Assembly (NCBI GenBank): GCA_041659045.1
Contig: JBAZZB010000001.1
Location: 454,111 to 518,110, forward strand
From: Patescibacteria group bacterium
GTDB taxonomy: Bacteria; Patescibacteriota; Patescibacteriia; SG8-24; DYFX01
Length of the DNA stretch: 64,000 bases
Reading direction: 5' to 3'
This document shows, piece by piece, positions 47,562 through 56,916 of the stretch. The position numbers were made by a program, and so were the translations under genes. The first letter of the stretch is position 1. The number at the start of each line of letters is the position of its first letter. The notes under the pieces were generated by a model. It saw nothing but the letters and a program-made list of their open reading frames with translations, made no database searches and was not told the origin of the DNA.

Positions 47562-48623
47562 CTACTCACCCTCTTCGCGAAGCTCTTCGAGCAGTTGTTT
47601 GGCCTTTTTGGAAAGATGTTTGGGCGTGCGAATACGTACACGGACGAAATGGTCGCCGCGCCCGGATGCCTGAAGTTTATTGATGCCGCGATTCTTCAAA
47701 CGAATCTCCTCACCCGCCTGAACGCCACTTGGGATTTTGATCGTGATCTCTCCGTCGAGCGTTTCGATTTCTTTTTCGGCGCCGAGCGCGGCGTCGGCAA
47801 AACCGATTTCGAGATTCGAGTAGACATCGAAACCGTCGCGTTCGAAGCGCGTGTCGGGCTGAATACGGATATGCAAATACAAATCGCCGTTTTGCGCTCC
47901 GTGCGGACCCGCCTCGCCACCACCTTGCACGCGAATCGTTTCTCCATGATCGATGCCGGCCGGAATTTTGACCGTCATCGACGTCTTCTCGCGCTTCACG
48001 CCCGCACCACTGCACTCCTTGCACTCTTTCTCGGGAACATTGCCGGAGCCACGGCATGCACCACACGTCGCGACGGCTTCAAAGCTGCCGAGAATCGTGC
48101 GCTGCATCTGGCGCACGCGGCCTTGGCCGCCGCACGTTTTGCAGGTGATCATTTTCGAACCTGGCGGAATGCCGGTGCCGGAACAGGCGCCGCACGCGAC
48201 AGGTTTGTAAAGTTCAAGCGTTTTTTCTGTACCGAATGCCGCGTCGCTAAATGAAATCGTTACGTTCACTTCGATATCGCCGCCGCGCGCTTGGCGCCGT
48301 CCACCACGCTGACCGCCGAAGCCAAACATGTCGCCGAACATCTCTCCCAAATCCCCCATGTCAAAATTCGCCCCTTGGCCTCCAAAGCCCTGGCCGCCGA
48401 AACCACCGAAGCCCGGACCGGCGGAACCGAACTGGTCGTACTGGGCGCGTTTCTTGGAATCTCCGAGTACCTGATAGGCCTCGTTGATCTCTTTAAACTT
48501 AGCTTCGTCTCCGCCCTCCTTGTCGGGGTGATGTTTGTGCGCCAAAACACGGAAGGCCTTTTTGATCTCCTCTTCGGAGGCCCCCTTGCTTATTCCTAGG
48601 ATTTGGTAATAGTCTTTAGACAT
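47562..48623 (-). CDS. dnaJ: Chaperone DnaJ
   Basis: J domain HPD, G/F region, four CxxCxGxG repeats. Confidence 0.98.
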   Translation of the reverse strand: MSKDYYQILGISKGASEEEIKKAFRVLAHKHHPDKEGGDEAKFKEINEAYQVLGDSKKRAQYDQFGSAGPGFGGFGGQGFGGQGANFDMGDLGEMFGDMFGFGGQRGGRRQARGGDIEVNVTISFSDAAFGTEKTLELYKPVACGACSGTGIPPGSKMITCKTCGGQGRVRQMQRTILGSFEAVATCGACRGSGNVPEKECKECSGAGVKREKTSMTVKIPAGIDHGETIRVQGGGEAGPHGAQNGDLYLHIRIQPDTRFERDGFDVYSNLEIGFADAALGAEKEIETLDGEITIKIPSGVQAGEEIRLKNRGINKLQASGRGDHFVRVRIRTPKHLSKKAKQLLEELREEGE

Positions 48624-48651
48624 CGAAGGTCATTATACAGGAGGGTCGGTC

Positions 48652-49344
48652 ATGGCCGAATTCGCGTGTCCGTATGTCCTATGCCCGAGGTGCCTACCTC
48701 TGCGCGACTGGGCGACGGACCCCGTGGTTCGAACCCAGGGCCGCGTCAACCGAGAGCGCTACCAAACGAACGATCCGCGTACGCACCGCTGCACCGCCGC
48801 CGAGCGCGAAGGTGTCAATCGGCCGTGCCGGAAGGCGATCAATCCGATGCTCTGCCTGTGCCGAGGGCACGGCGAAGCGCTCGGTCTTTGCCAGCACTGC
48901 ATGAAACGACTGGACGGAGGCGAGGACATGACGATCACTCCCGATGAGGCCACTGAAACGATCATCGATGCCTTCACGGTTCTGGTGAAGACATATGGCC
49001 TGACGGTTTCTGTCGGCTTACTGGAAGAGCGTCTGCCGGAATTGCCGCCCGAAATGCAGCAGTTCCATGCGGATGCGGCATCCTCCCTGGACGATGACGG
49101 GAAGCGACGGACGTTCCTGGAGCGCATCGACGGCCGGCAGAAGCGACCTATCTGGAGCGCCGGCCTCGGATCCAATACGCGCAACCGTCGGTTCTGCGAA
49201 AGCTGCACTTCACCACGCTACACGGGCGCCATTTTCGCTCCGGCCACCTGCGGCCACTGGACCGCCGGCAGTCAGATGGCCGCCTGCATCATCTGCAGCG
49301 CGGAACACTCCGCCTGCGAACGTTGCGGGACCTCCCTCGAGTAG
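48652..49344 (+). CDS. Orphan Cys-rich putative zinc-binding protein
   Basis: AGGAGG SD; CxxC clusters at both termini. Confidence 0.65.
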   Translation: MAEFACPYVLCPRCLPLRDWATDPVVRTQGRVNRERYQTNDPRTHRCTAAEREGVNRPCRKAINPMLCLCRGHGEALGLCQHCMKRLDGGEDMTITPDEATETIIDAFTVLVKTYGLTVSVGLLEERLPELPPEMQQFHADAASSLDDDGKRRTFLERIDGRQKRPIWSAGLGSNTRNRRFCESCTSPRYTGAIFAPATCGHWTAGSQMAACIICSAEHSACERCGTSLE

Positions 49345-49354
49345 GTCCCGTTTT

Positions 49355-51238
<1,884 letters not shown>

Positions 51239-51249
51239 AGATGTTTCGT

Positions 51250-51343
51250 AAGACCCCTCCGCCCTGCGGGCACCTCCCCTTTCAGGGGAGGGATTCTGGG
51301 CTTGGCTCCCCTCTCTGAAAGAGAGGGGATGGGGGTGAGTCTA
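51250..51343. repeat. REP/MITE-like palindromic repeat, copy 1
   Basis: AAGACCCCTCCGCCCTGCGGGCACCTCCCCTTTCAGGGGAGGG...CCCCTCTCTGAAAGAGAGGGG...GGGGGTGAGTCTA; near-identical to 53185-53280. Confidence 0.9.
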
Positions 51344-51348
51344 AAAAG

Positions 51349-51753
51349 TTATTTCCCCTTCACTTCAATCTTAATTTCTTTCTTCTCCCCTTCTTCAGCT
51401 TTCGGAATCGTGATGCGAAGTAATCCGTGCTCCGACGTCGCTTCGGCCTTCTCGCCGATGACCGGCGCGGGCAGGGCGATCTTGCGCTGGAAGGCACCGT
51501 AGCGGACTTCCTTATAGAGGTAATCCTTCTCGTCGACTTCCTTGCGGTGCTCTGTTTTGCCGCGGAGCGTCAGCACGCCGCCTTCGACCGTGACTTCGAC
51601 GTCTTTCGGATCAACGCCCGCGAGCGCCGTCTCGACGACGACATCGTTGCCGTTCTCATACACGTCGACGGCAGGGATGAAGCCTTTGGAGAGGTCCATG
51701 AGACCTCGATCCAAATCTTCGAGCGGGTTCTGGTTTTTTGGGAGGAGGGACAT
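51349..51753 (-). CDS. Small heat-shock protein Hsp20
   Basis: PAVDVYE, LAGV, L.L.G, E..YG.F.R.I.LP, GLL.I.IPK. Confidence 0.93.
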   Translation of the reverse strand: MSLLPKNQNPLEDLDRGLMDLSKGFIPAVDVYENGNDVVVETALAGVDPKDVEVTVEGGVLTLRGKTEHRKEVDEKDYLYKEVRYGAFQRKIALPAPVIGEKAEATSEHGLLRITIPKAEEGEKKEIKIEVKGK

Positions 51754-51754
51754 A

Positions 51755-52360
51755 TTATACTTTTGAAACTTTCCAAACACTCCAAACAGAGTATGCAAGA
51801 CTAAGAACTGCACATACGCTCAGCAATGTAACAATTGTTCCAGAGCTGAAATGGTTAAAAAGTGTTCCCCTATAATGTGGGAGAAGAAGTATCGATGTTG
51901 AAATTGGTACTGTGACAATAACAAGATTACGAATTAGATATCCAAAAACCTTCTCTCTCCTGTCGTAAAAACTTTGCATGAGGTTTTTGTGATGCTCTAA
52001 AAAAGTATAGATCCTGTCTTTTTTAGACAGGTCCGATCGCCATTGGCCACTAACGTTAGCCAGCAACGTCAACAAGGCACTTTGATATGACGGTCTGGGG
52101 ACACTTTCTACAAATTCATGGTTGATTTTGAAGAGAGCAGACTTGATTTTTTCTAACACTTCTCGCGTCGACATCTTCTCAAGCAACTCTTCTTCCCCTG
52201 GATCAAGCAACATTAAAAAGCCTTTTGCTTTATCATAGCTCTGGGTAATCTTTTCGTTCAGAAATGAAATTCTGAAGATAACAAAAGTGGCAAACATAGC
52301 AATCAGTGCGGCTAGTGTCTGCGCGATTGTGCTAAGCGAGTAGTACCAAAAATTCTCCAT
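51755..52360 (-). CDS. Low-GC orphan membrane protein
   Basis: Visibly AT-rich relative to its flanks; one N-terminal and two C-terminal hydrophobic segments. Confidence 0.7.
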   Translation of the reverse strand: MENFWYYSLSTIAQTLAALIAMFATFVIFRISFLNEKITQSYDKAKGFLMLLDPGEEELLEKMSTREVLEKIKSALFKINHEFVESVPRPSYQSALLTLLANVSGQWRSDLSKKDRIYTFLEHHKNLMQSFYDRREKVFGYLIRNLVIVTVPISTSILLLPHYRGTLFNHFSSGTIVTLLSVCAVLSLAYSVWSVWKVSKV

Positions 52361-52362
52361 AA

Positions 52363-52656
52363 TCACTTCGCCAACGCCTTGAAGCTAGCGCCGACCGTAT
52401 CAAACTTCACCAGCTTGTTCTGGGTCTGGACGCTCAACTTGATGCTGTTGAGTCCCGCTTTGTGTTTCGGGAGGTCGGCCAGGCGGATTTTTTGATCGCG
52501 CATTTCGGTGCCTTTGTCACCGACGACGCGGGTCGGGACGGTCACGAGCGAGTCGCCGTTCAAACGGAAGAACATCAGGAACTTCGGCCATTCCTTGAAG
52601 GAAAAGCTGTGCTTCTCGTATTCGTCATCCCATTCGAGTTCGCTTTTGAGCAACAT
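52363..52656 (-). CDS. Small hypothetical protein
   Basis: 97-aa ORF tightly packed after grpE, with host-like codon usage. Confidence 0.65.
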   Translation of the reverse strand: MLLKSELEWDDEYEKHSFSFKEWPKFLMFFRLNGDSLVTVPTRVVGDKGTEMRDQKIRLADLPKHKAGLNSIKLSVQTQNKLVKFDTVGASFKALAK

Positions 52657-52666
52657 ATTTTTGCGG

Positions 52667-53173
52667 TTATTTTGCAACGATGACTTTCGCAGGGCGGACC
52701 GTTTTACCGTTGATCTCGTAACCGGCTTGGACTTCTTTTAGGATGGTGCCGTGCGTTTTGTCGCTTTCTTCTTCAGCAACCGCTTCATGCTTCGTGGCGT
52801 CGAACGTTTCGCCCGTCGTTTTGATTGCTGTGAGGCCGAGGTCACGGAGCGCTTCTTCGAGCTGCTTTTGGATGAAGCCGACGCCGACCGCCCAGTTCAC
52901 GACTGTCTTGTCGTCCGACTTCGGCATGTGTGACATTGCGGTGTTGAAGTTGTCGAAGACGGGCAGGAAGCGTTCGACGACGCGGAGTGTCGCGTACTGC
53001 CCCATCTCGGCGCGTTCGCGCGCGACGTCTTTCTTCAGGTTCTGGTAGTCGGCGAGAGCGCGCTTCCAGTTGAGTTCCATTTCCGAGTAGAGCTGCTCAG
53101 CAGATTTTTCGGAGTTCTGGGCCCCGGCCTCCGCCGGGGTGGTTTCGGATTCGTTTTTCTTTTCTTCTTCCAT
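52667..53173 (-). CDS. grpE: Nucleotide exchange factor GrpE
   Basis: RALADYQN, LPVFDN, FD...HEAV, GY......RPAKV. Confidence 0.96.
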   Translation of the reverse strand: MEEEKKNESETTPAEAGAQNSEKSAEQLYSEMELNWKRALADYQNLKKDVARERAEMGQYATLRVVERFLPVFDNFNTAMSHMPKSDDKTVVNWAVGVGFIQKQLEEALRDLGLTAIKTTGETFDATKHEAVAEEESDKTHGTILKEVQAGYEINGKTVRPAKVIVAK

Positions 53174-53184
53174 AGGTGTTGTTC

Positions 53185-53280
53185 AAGACCCCTCCGCCCT
53201 GCGGGCACCTCCCCTTTCAGGGGAGGGTTTCGCGCGCGGTTCCCCCTCTCTGAAAGAGAGGGGGCTAGGGGGTGAGTCTA
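53185..53280. repeat. REP/MITE-like palindromic repeat, copy 2
   Basis: Direct repeat of 51250-51343 with a variable central spacer. Confidence 0.9.
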
Positions 53281-53281
53281 T

Positions 53282-53971
53282 TCAAGCTTTAAGCGTTTCA
53301 ACCGCTGTTTCAAGAAGGGCGAGGTCGGTGTCGTAGTCCATGCGCATCGGGCCGAGGAGGCCGAGGAGGCCGATCGGCGAACGTACGACGAGGAGTCCGC
53401 ATTCGGCACCGAAGGGATTTTCCGAACCGATCAGGATGCGCGCGTCCGAGCCGACTTCGGGAAACATTTTTTCCATCGTCTCGTCGAGATGATCGAGTAC
53501 TCGCGACATCGAGGCGACGAGCGAGAGCTGTTTGAACTCTGGCTTGGCGAACAAGTTGGAGAGGCCGGTGTAGTAGACATCGCGCGGAGTGAAGGCGGCG
53601 AGGGCGGATTCGTTTGCGAGTTCGGCGAGGGCTTTGGCGACGCGTCGCAACTTGTCGCTTTCTTCTTCTGCGGCCTTCGCGGCTTCGGCGAGCGCGGTCG
53701 CGGCGGCTGCTCCCGGTTTTTTCTTTTCGAGGAAACGATCGACGTAGTAGCGATACCCTTTCTCGCTCGGCGCGCGACCCGCTGACGTGTGTGGCTGAAG
53801 CAGGAAGCCTTGTTCTTCGAGCACGGAAAGTTCGTTTCGAATCGTCGCTGAGGAGACGTCCAAGCCAGATTCATCGGCCAGCCACGCCGAACCAACCGGC
53901 TCAGCGCTTTGAATAAAGCGCCGTACGGTAAGTTTCAGCAGGATTTCTTGCCGAGAATCAAGCTGCTCCAT
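53282..53971 (-). CDS. hrcA: Heat-inducible transcription repressor HrcA (short form)
   Basis: EPVGS, SSATIRNE, QPHTSAGR.P...GYRYYV, IGSEN, GPMRMDY. Confidence 0.95.
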   Translation of the reverse strand: MEQLDSRQEILLKLTVRRFIQSAEPVGSAWLADESGLDVSSATIRNELSVLEEQGFLLQPHTSAGRAPSEKGYRYYVDRFLEKKKPGAAAATALAEAAKAAEEESDKLRRVAKALAELANESALAAFTPRDVYYTGLSNLFAKPEFKQLSLVASMSRVLDHLDETMEKMFPEVGSDARILIGSENPFGAECGLLVVRSPIGLLGLLGPMRMDYDTDLALLETAVETLKA

Positions 53972-53978
53972 AGGGTTT

Positions 53979-54005
53979 CTAGCACTCAGATTATACGAGT
54001 GCTAA
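53979..54005. promoter_or_regulatory. CIRCE operator overlapping the hrcA -10 box
   Basis: CTAGCACTC-N9-GAGTGCTAA, one mismatch from the consensus TTAGCACTC-N9-GAGTGCTAA; minus-strand TATAAT at 53990-53995 lies within the spacer. Confidence 0.93.
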
Positions 54006-54076
54006 CGAACCGTCAAGCAGACTCTGCACCCTTGACAAAACACGAAAAAACCGCGATGGTTCCGGCGGAGGTCAAC

Positions 54077-54535
54077 GTGCGCCCATACCTGATCGAGCTC
54101 GTTCTCTACACGGCACTGGCCTTCTCGGCCGAAGACATCTTCATCGGACTCGGCAACGTCGTCCGCAGCCTCTGGCGAAAGGAGAAGGTCGACTGGAAGC
54201 TGCCTTGCTGCACCAACCTGTGGAGTTTCCCGGTGTACGCCGTCTCGGCGACTCTGGCGTTCAACATCATGGACGTGGTGTCGCCGAACTTCTACGAAAA
54301 CGCCTGGTGGCAGCGAGGAGTGTTCTACGCCTTCTGTACCTATCTCTTCGAATTCTCGTGGGGTTTCATCCTCGAAGAGACGGTCGGCGAATGCCCGTGG
54401 CGCTACCGCAAGTCGTCGTGGCGGATCTGGCGATACATCAAGCCGGAATACGTCGGCCTCTGGTTCCTCTTCGGCTTCGCGCTTGAATGGATTCACCTCG
54501 AAGCGCTTCCCGTCGCCGTGGCCGCCTTCTCTTGA
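54077..54535 (+). CDS. Putative ABC-transporter-permease/TMEM229-like membrane protein
   Basis: LWSFPVY...RG..Y....Y.FE...G..L.....CPW.Y...Y...W pattern; GGAGG before the GTG; alternative ATG at 54056. Confidence 0.75.
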   Translation: MRPYLIELVLYTALAFSAEDIFIGLGNVVRSLWRKEKVDWKLPCCTNLWSFPVYAVSATLAFNIMDVVSPNFYENAWWQRGVFYAFCTYLFEFSWGFILEETVGECPWRYRKSSWRIWRYIKPEYVGLWFLFGFALEWIHLEALPVAVAAFS

Positions 54536-54560
54536 CATGACGGTCGTGATCTGCTAGAAC
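54532..54560 (+). promoter_or_regulatory. Sigma70-type promoter of candidate ncRNA 1
   Basis: TTGACA (54532-54537)-17 nt-TAGAAC with an extended TG. Confidence 0.65.
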
Positions 54561-54566
54561 GTAGCC

Positions 54567-54964
54567 ATCGCGGAGTACGGAACAGGTGCGCGGCACCCGC
54601 TGAAGCGCACGGCCGAAAAGGGACGAGGTGGTCCCGCTATGAACCACTGAGGCTGTCCGTACTCCGCTTCGTTTCGATGAAAGGTCACCCTGTCCAGGGC
54701 AGTGACCAGGCGACTGTTCAGTCGATGTCTGTCAGGCAGAGAAGCGTGAGGCCTGTGAGGCCTCAACCCCCGCGCAATCTCACCTGGCCACCGTCGACGG
54801 CGTACGCAAGCGTGCCCTCCCTGCAATGGCATTCTGCCGCAGCATGGTCGAGAACCGCTTCCGTCCAGGCCAACGCGACGATCGTCGCATGGTCTTCGAC
54901 GCCAAGAACAGGGGCCTTTGGCCCATCTCCGGCGGACTTCCTTGTGGAGTCCGTTTTAATTTTT
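54567..54964 (+). ncRNA. Candidate structured ncRNA 1 (unclassified)
   Basis: Promoter upstream; 12-bp stem GCGGAGTACGGA/TCCGTACTCCGC; many hairpins; terminator at 54931-54964; no credible ORF. Confidence 0.5.
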
Positions 54965-54968
54965 CTCC

Positions 54969-54997
54969 TTGCCTATCCGAAGCTCCTGCTTTAGGAT
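54969..54997 (+). promoter_or_regulatory. Sigma70-type promoter of candidate ncRNA 2
   Basis: TTGCCT-17 nt-TAGGAT. Confidence 0.55.
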
Positions 54998-55003
54998 GAC
55001 CAC

Positions 55004-55294
55004 GCCTAAGGCTCGCCCGCGTGCGGGAGCAACGAGCTTGGCGGCTCCCGGCAGATGACGGATGCTCATACGGGCACGTCCAGCGGCACGGGGCCTACAA
55101 AGCAACGGTTCATCGAAGCTGGAACCAGGCGACGATCCGGCAACTGACTTCGGTCGGTTGGCACACGCACCGCCCTCCTTGCGGCTTGTAGAGAAAGGGA
55201 GACAGCGCTGCTTCCGGTCTCGTCGAAAGACGGGAACCTCGGTGCAGGATCGGCATTTCTCAGGCGGACTCTTTACGGGTCCGCTTTTTCTTTT
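55004..55294 (+). ncRNA. Candidate structured ncRNA 2 (unclassified)
   Basis: cUUCGg tetraloop hairpin (55141-55160), GAAA tetraloop hairpin (55221-55232), long-range helices, and the terminator GCGGACTC-TTTAC-GGGTCCGC followed by a T-tract. Confidence 0.55.
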
Positions 55295-55313
55295 GTGTTA
55301 AACTGGAACGACT

Positions 55314-56327
55314 ATGAAAACACTCGACGACACAATTGGTCGCAATCCGCTCATGATCGGCGTGATCGTCGGATTCGGCGGCGCTGCACTCTGCCTCGTC
55401 ATCTTCCTCATCTTCACGGGACGCTCTCTCTATATGATCAGTGGAGAGAAGGCGAGCGGACAGATCACCGGCATCGCGGAGCGCGGCAGTCGCAAATCTT
55501 CGGAGACCTTTGCGCCTGTGGTCACGTTCACGACTCCGGATGGACGGACTCACAAGTTCACGTCCGCACTCAGCACGGGAGCGATTCCCAAAATCGGCCA
55601 GCGTGTTGAGGTGCTCTATAATCCTAAAAGCCCCGGAAGCGCCGAAATCAACTCCTTCTCGGCGTTATGGCTCGGCTCGATCGCGTGTTTCATCGGACTC
55701 CTGGTCTTTTTGATGATCGGCTTCGCGGGCCGTCACGCCGTGCGGAAGCGGGAACGTTTCCTGCGCAACGGAGCGCGCGTTGACGCAACGATCGTCGAAG
55801 CCAGCGCTGTCAAAAACGCTTGGCAGCCGACGCTCACGCCGCAAACGATCCAATCAAAATTCGGCTGGAACATCAGCGCCACGGCGATCGATCCGATCTC
55901 GGGCGCTGCGCGCACCTATACGGGAAAGTTGGCCGGTTCAAAACCGTCTGCGATCAATCCCCTTCGCCTCGGAGCAAAAACCGTGCCGGTGTACGTCGAT
56001 CGTACCGATCCGGCGCAGTACTACATGGACGTCAATCAGCTGACGCCGTTAAACTTGTTTCCTGAAAAGTTCGCCGGCAAGACAATGTTTCAGCAAATAG
56101 GCGTCATGAACGAGCTCCGAAAGGAAGCCGAGCGCGGAAGCGAAAGTTTCGTCAACCCGTCACCGAACGCGTTCATGCCCGACGCTGACAAGTTGTTTAA
56201 AAAGGTATCGCCTGACCTCGCAAAATTCGTAGCGGAAGCCAAAGCCGCTGGTCAAGACACGGAAACGATCCGCAAAGCGCTCCTCACTGCCGGTTGGGGC
56301 TCGGCTGATATCGACAAGGCACTGTAA
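55314..56327 (+). CDS. DUF3592-domain membrane protein
   Basis: TM-G.I......PVV.F.T.DG...GQ.V.V.YNP..P-TM, followed by a second similar module (VYVD..DP..Y); C-terminal L..AGW...DI motif. Confidence 0.78.
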   Translation: MKTLDDTIGRNPLMIGVIVGFGGAALCLVIFLIFTGRSLYMISGEKASGQITGIAERGSRKSSETFAPVVTFTTPDGRTHKFTSALSTGAIPKIGQRVEVLYNPKSPGSAEINSFSALWLGSIACFIGLLVFLMIGFAGRHAVRKRERFLRNGARVDATIVEASAVKNAWQPTLTPQTIQSKFGWNISATAIDPISGAARTYTGKLAGSKPSAINPLRLGAKTVPVYVDRTDPAQYYMDVNQLTPLNLFPEKFAGKTMFQQIGVMNELRKEAERGSESFVNPSPNAFMPDADKLFKKVSPDLAKFVAEAKAAGQDTETIRKALLTAGWGSADIDKAL

Positions 56328-56344
56328 AGAAAAAGCCCTGAGTG

Positions 56345-56734
56345 TCAGGGCTTGCGTTTGCGCCGTAGCGGCGGCTTCCGCTTCGGCGTGCTGGGTTTGA
56401 CGACCTTGGTCGGCGAGATCTTGCGCTTGGCCTTGAGAGCCGCGGGGGCTCGCGTCGGCACGGGTGAACGTCGGACAGACGGCAGGATCGGCGTCACGAA
56501 TCCCTTGTTCAGACCCGCAAGTACGCGATTTCGGCGCTCTTGGTCGCGAGCTTCGCCTTGCTCGAAGAATTCCGCGATTGCGGGGTCGTCGGATTGCACG
56601 ACACGAAACGACTCGGGGTGCTCAAGATCCATGATGACGATCTTGGCATCACTCGCCGCCGCTTGATCAACCGCCGCGCCAAGCGACAGTGCGAGGAGCG
56701 AAAGATTGAGACTGCGTGAACGAGGTGCGCTCAT
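56345..56734 (-). CDS. Hypothetical protein with an N-terminal hydrophobic segment and a basic Pro/Lys/Arg tail
   Basis: GGAGG SD; ATGA overlap with the upstream small ORF. Confidence 0.55.
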   Translation of the reverse strand: MSAPRSRSLNLSLLALSLGAAVDQAAASDAKIVIMDLEHPESFRVVQSDDPAIAEFFEQGEARDQERRNRVLAGLNKGFVTPILPSVRRSPVPTRAPAALKAKRKISPTKVVKPSTPKRKPPLRRKRKP

Positions 56735-56868
56735 TTCTTCCTCCAGAGTCCGCCCAGCCAGAAGCCGAGCCAGGACGTATCGAAACGTTTACACGCTTTT
56801 TCCACAACAGCGATCAGATCAATCGCTCGAATGAGCACGTTTTTTTCTTCGGGACCGCCGGCGCCCAT
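56731..56868 (-). CDS. Unannotated 45-aa Trp-rich small protein
   Basis: Manual translation MGAGGPEEKNVLIRAIDLIAVVEKACKRFDTSWLGFWLGGLWRKK; AGGAGG SD; TTGACA upstream; its stop overlaps the next start. Confidence 0.55.
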   Translation of the reverse strand: MGAGGPEEKNVLIRAIDLIAVVEKACKRFDTSWLGFWLGGLWRKK

Positions 56869-56916
56869 GTGATTCCTCCTGTGAACAGGGTTGCACGAAA
56901 AAGCTCGCGTGTCAAT

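Noticed and set aside
54583-54650. Partial resemblance to a cobalamin riboswitch (AGGTGC, AAAAGGGA, GTCCCGC, CCACTG)
   Set aside because: The GGTG.AA.TCC hairpin and the 3' B12 box are missing, and no cobalamin gene lies downstream; left unclassified.
54925-54950. Minus-strand AAGGAAGTCC resembling the RNase P P4 5' motif
   Set aside because: It lies in a terminator hairpin, and no matching 3' ACAGAA...GGCTTA element was found.
54554-55301. Short ORFs at 54554-, 54677+ and 55062+
   Set aside because: They have no SD or leaderless geometry, have atypical composition, and the plus-strand ones run through terminators.
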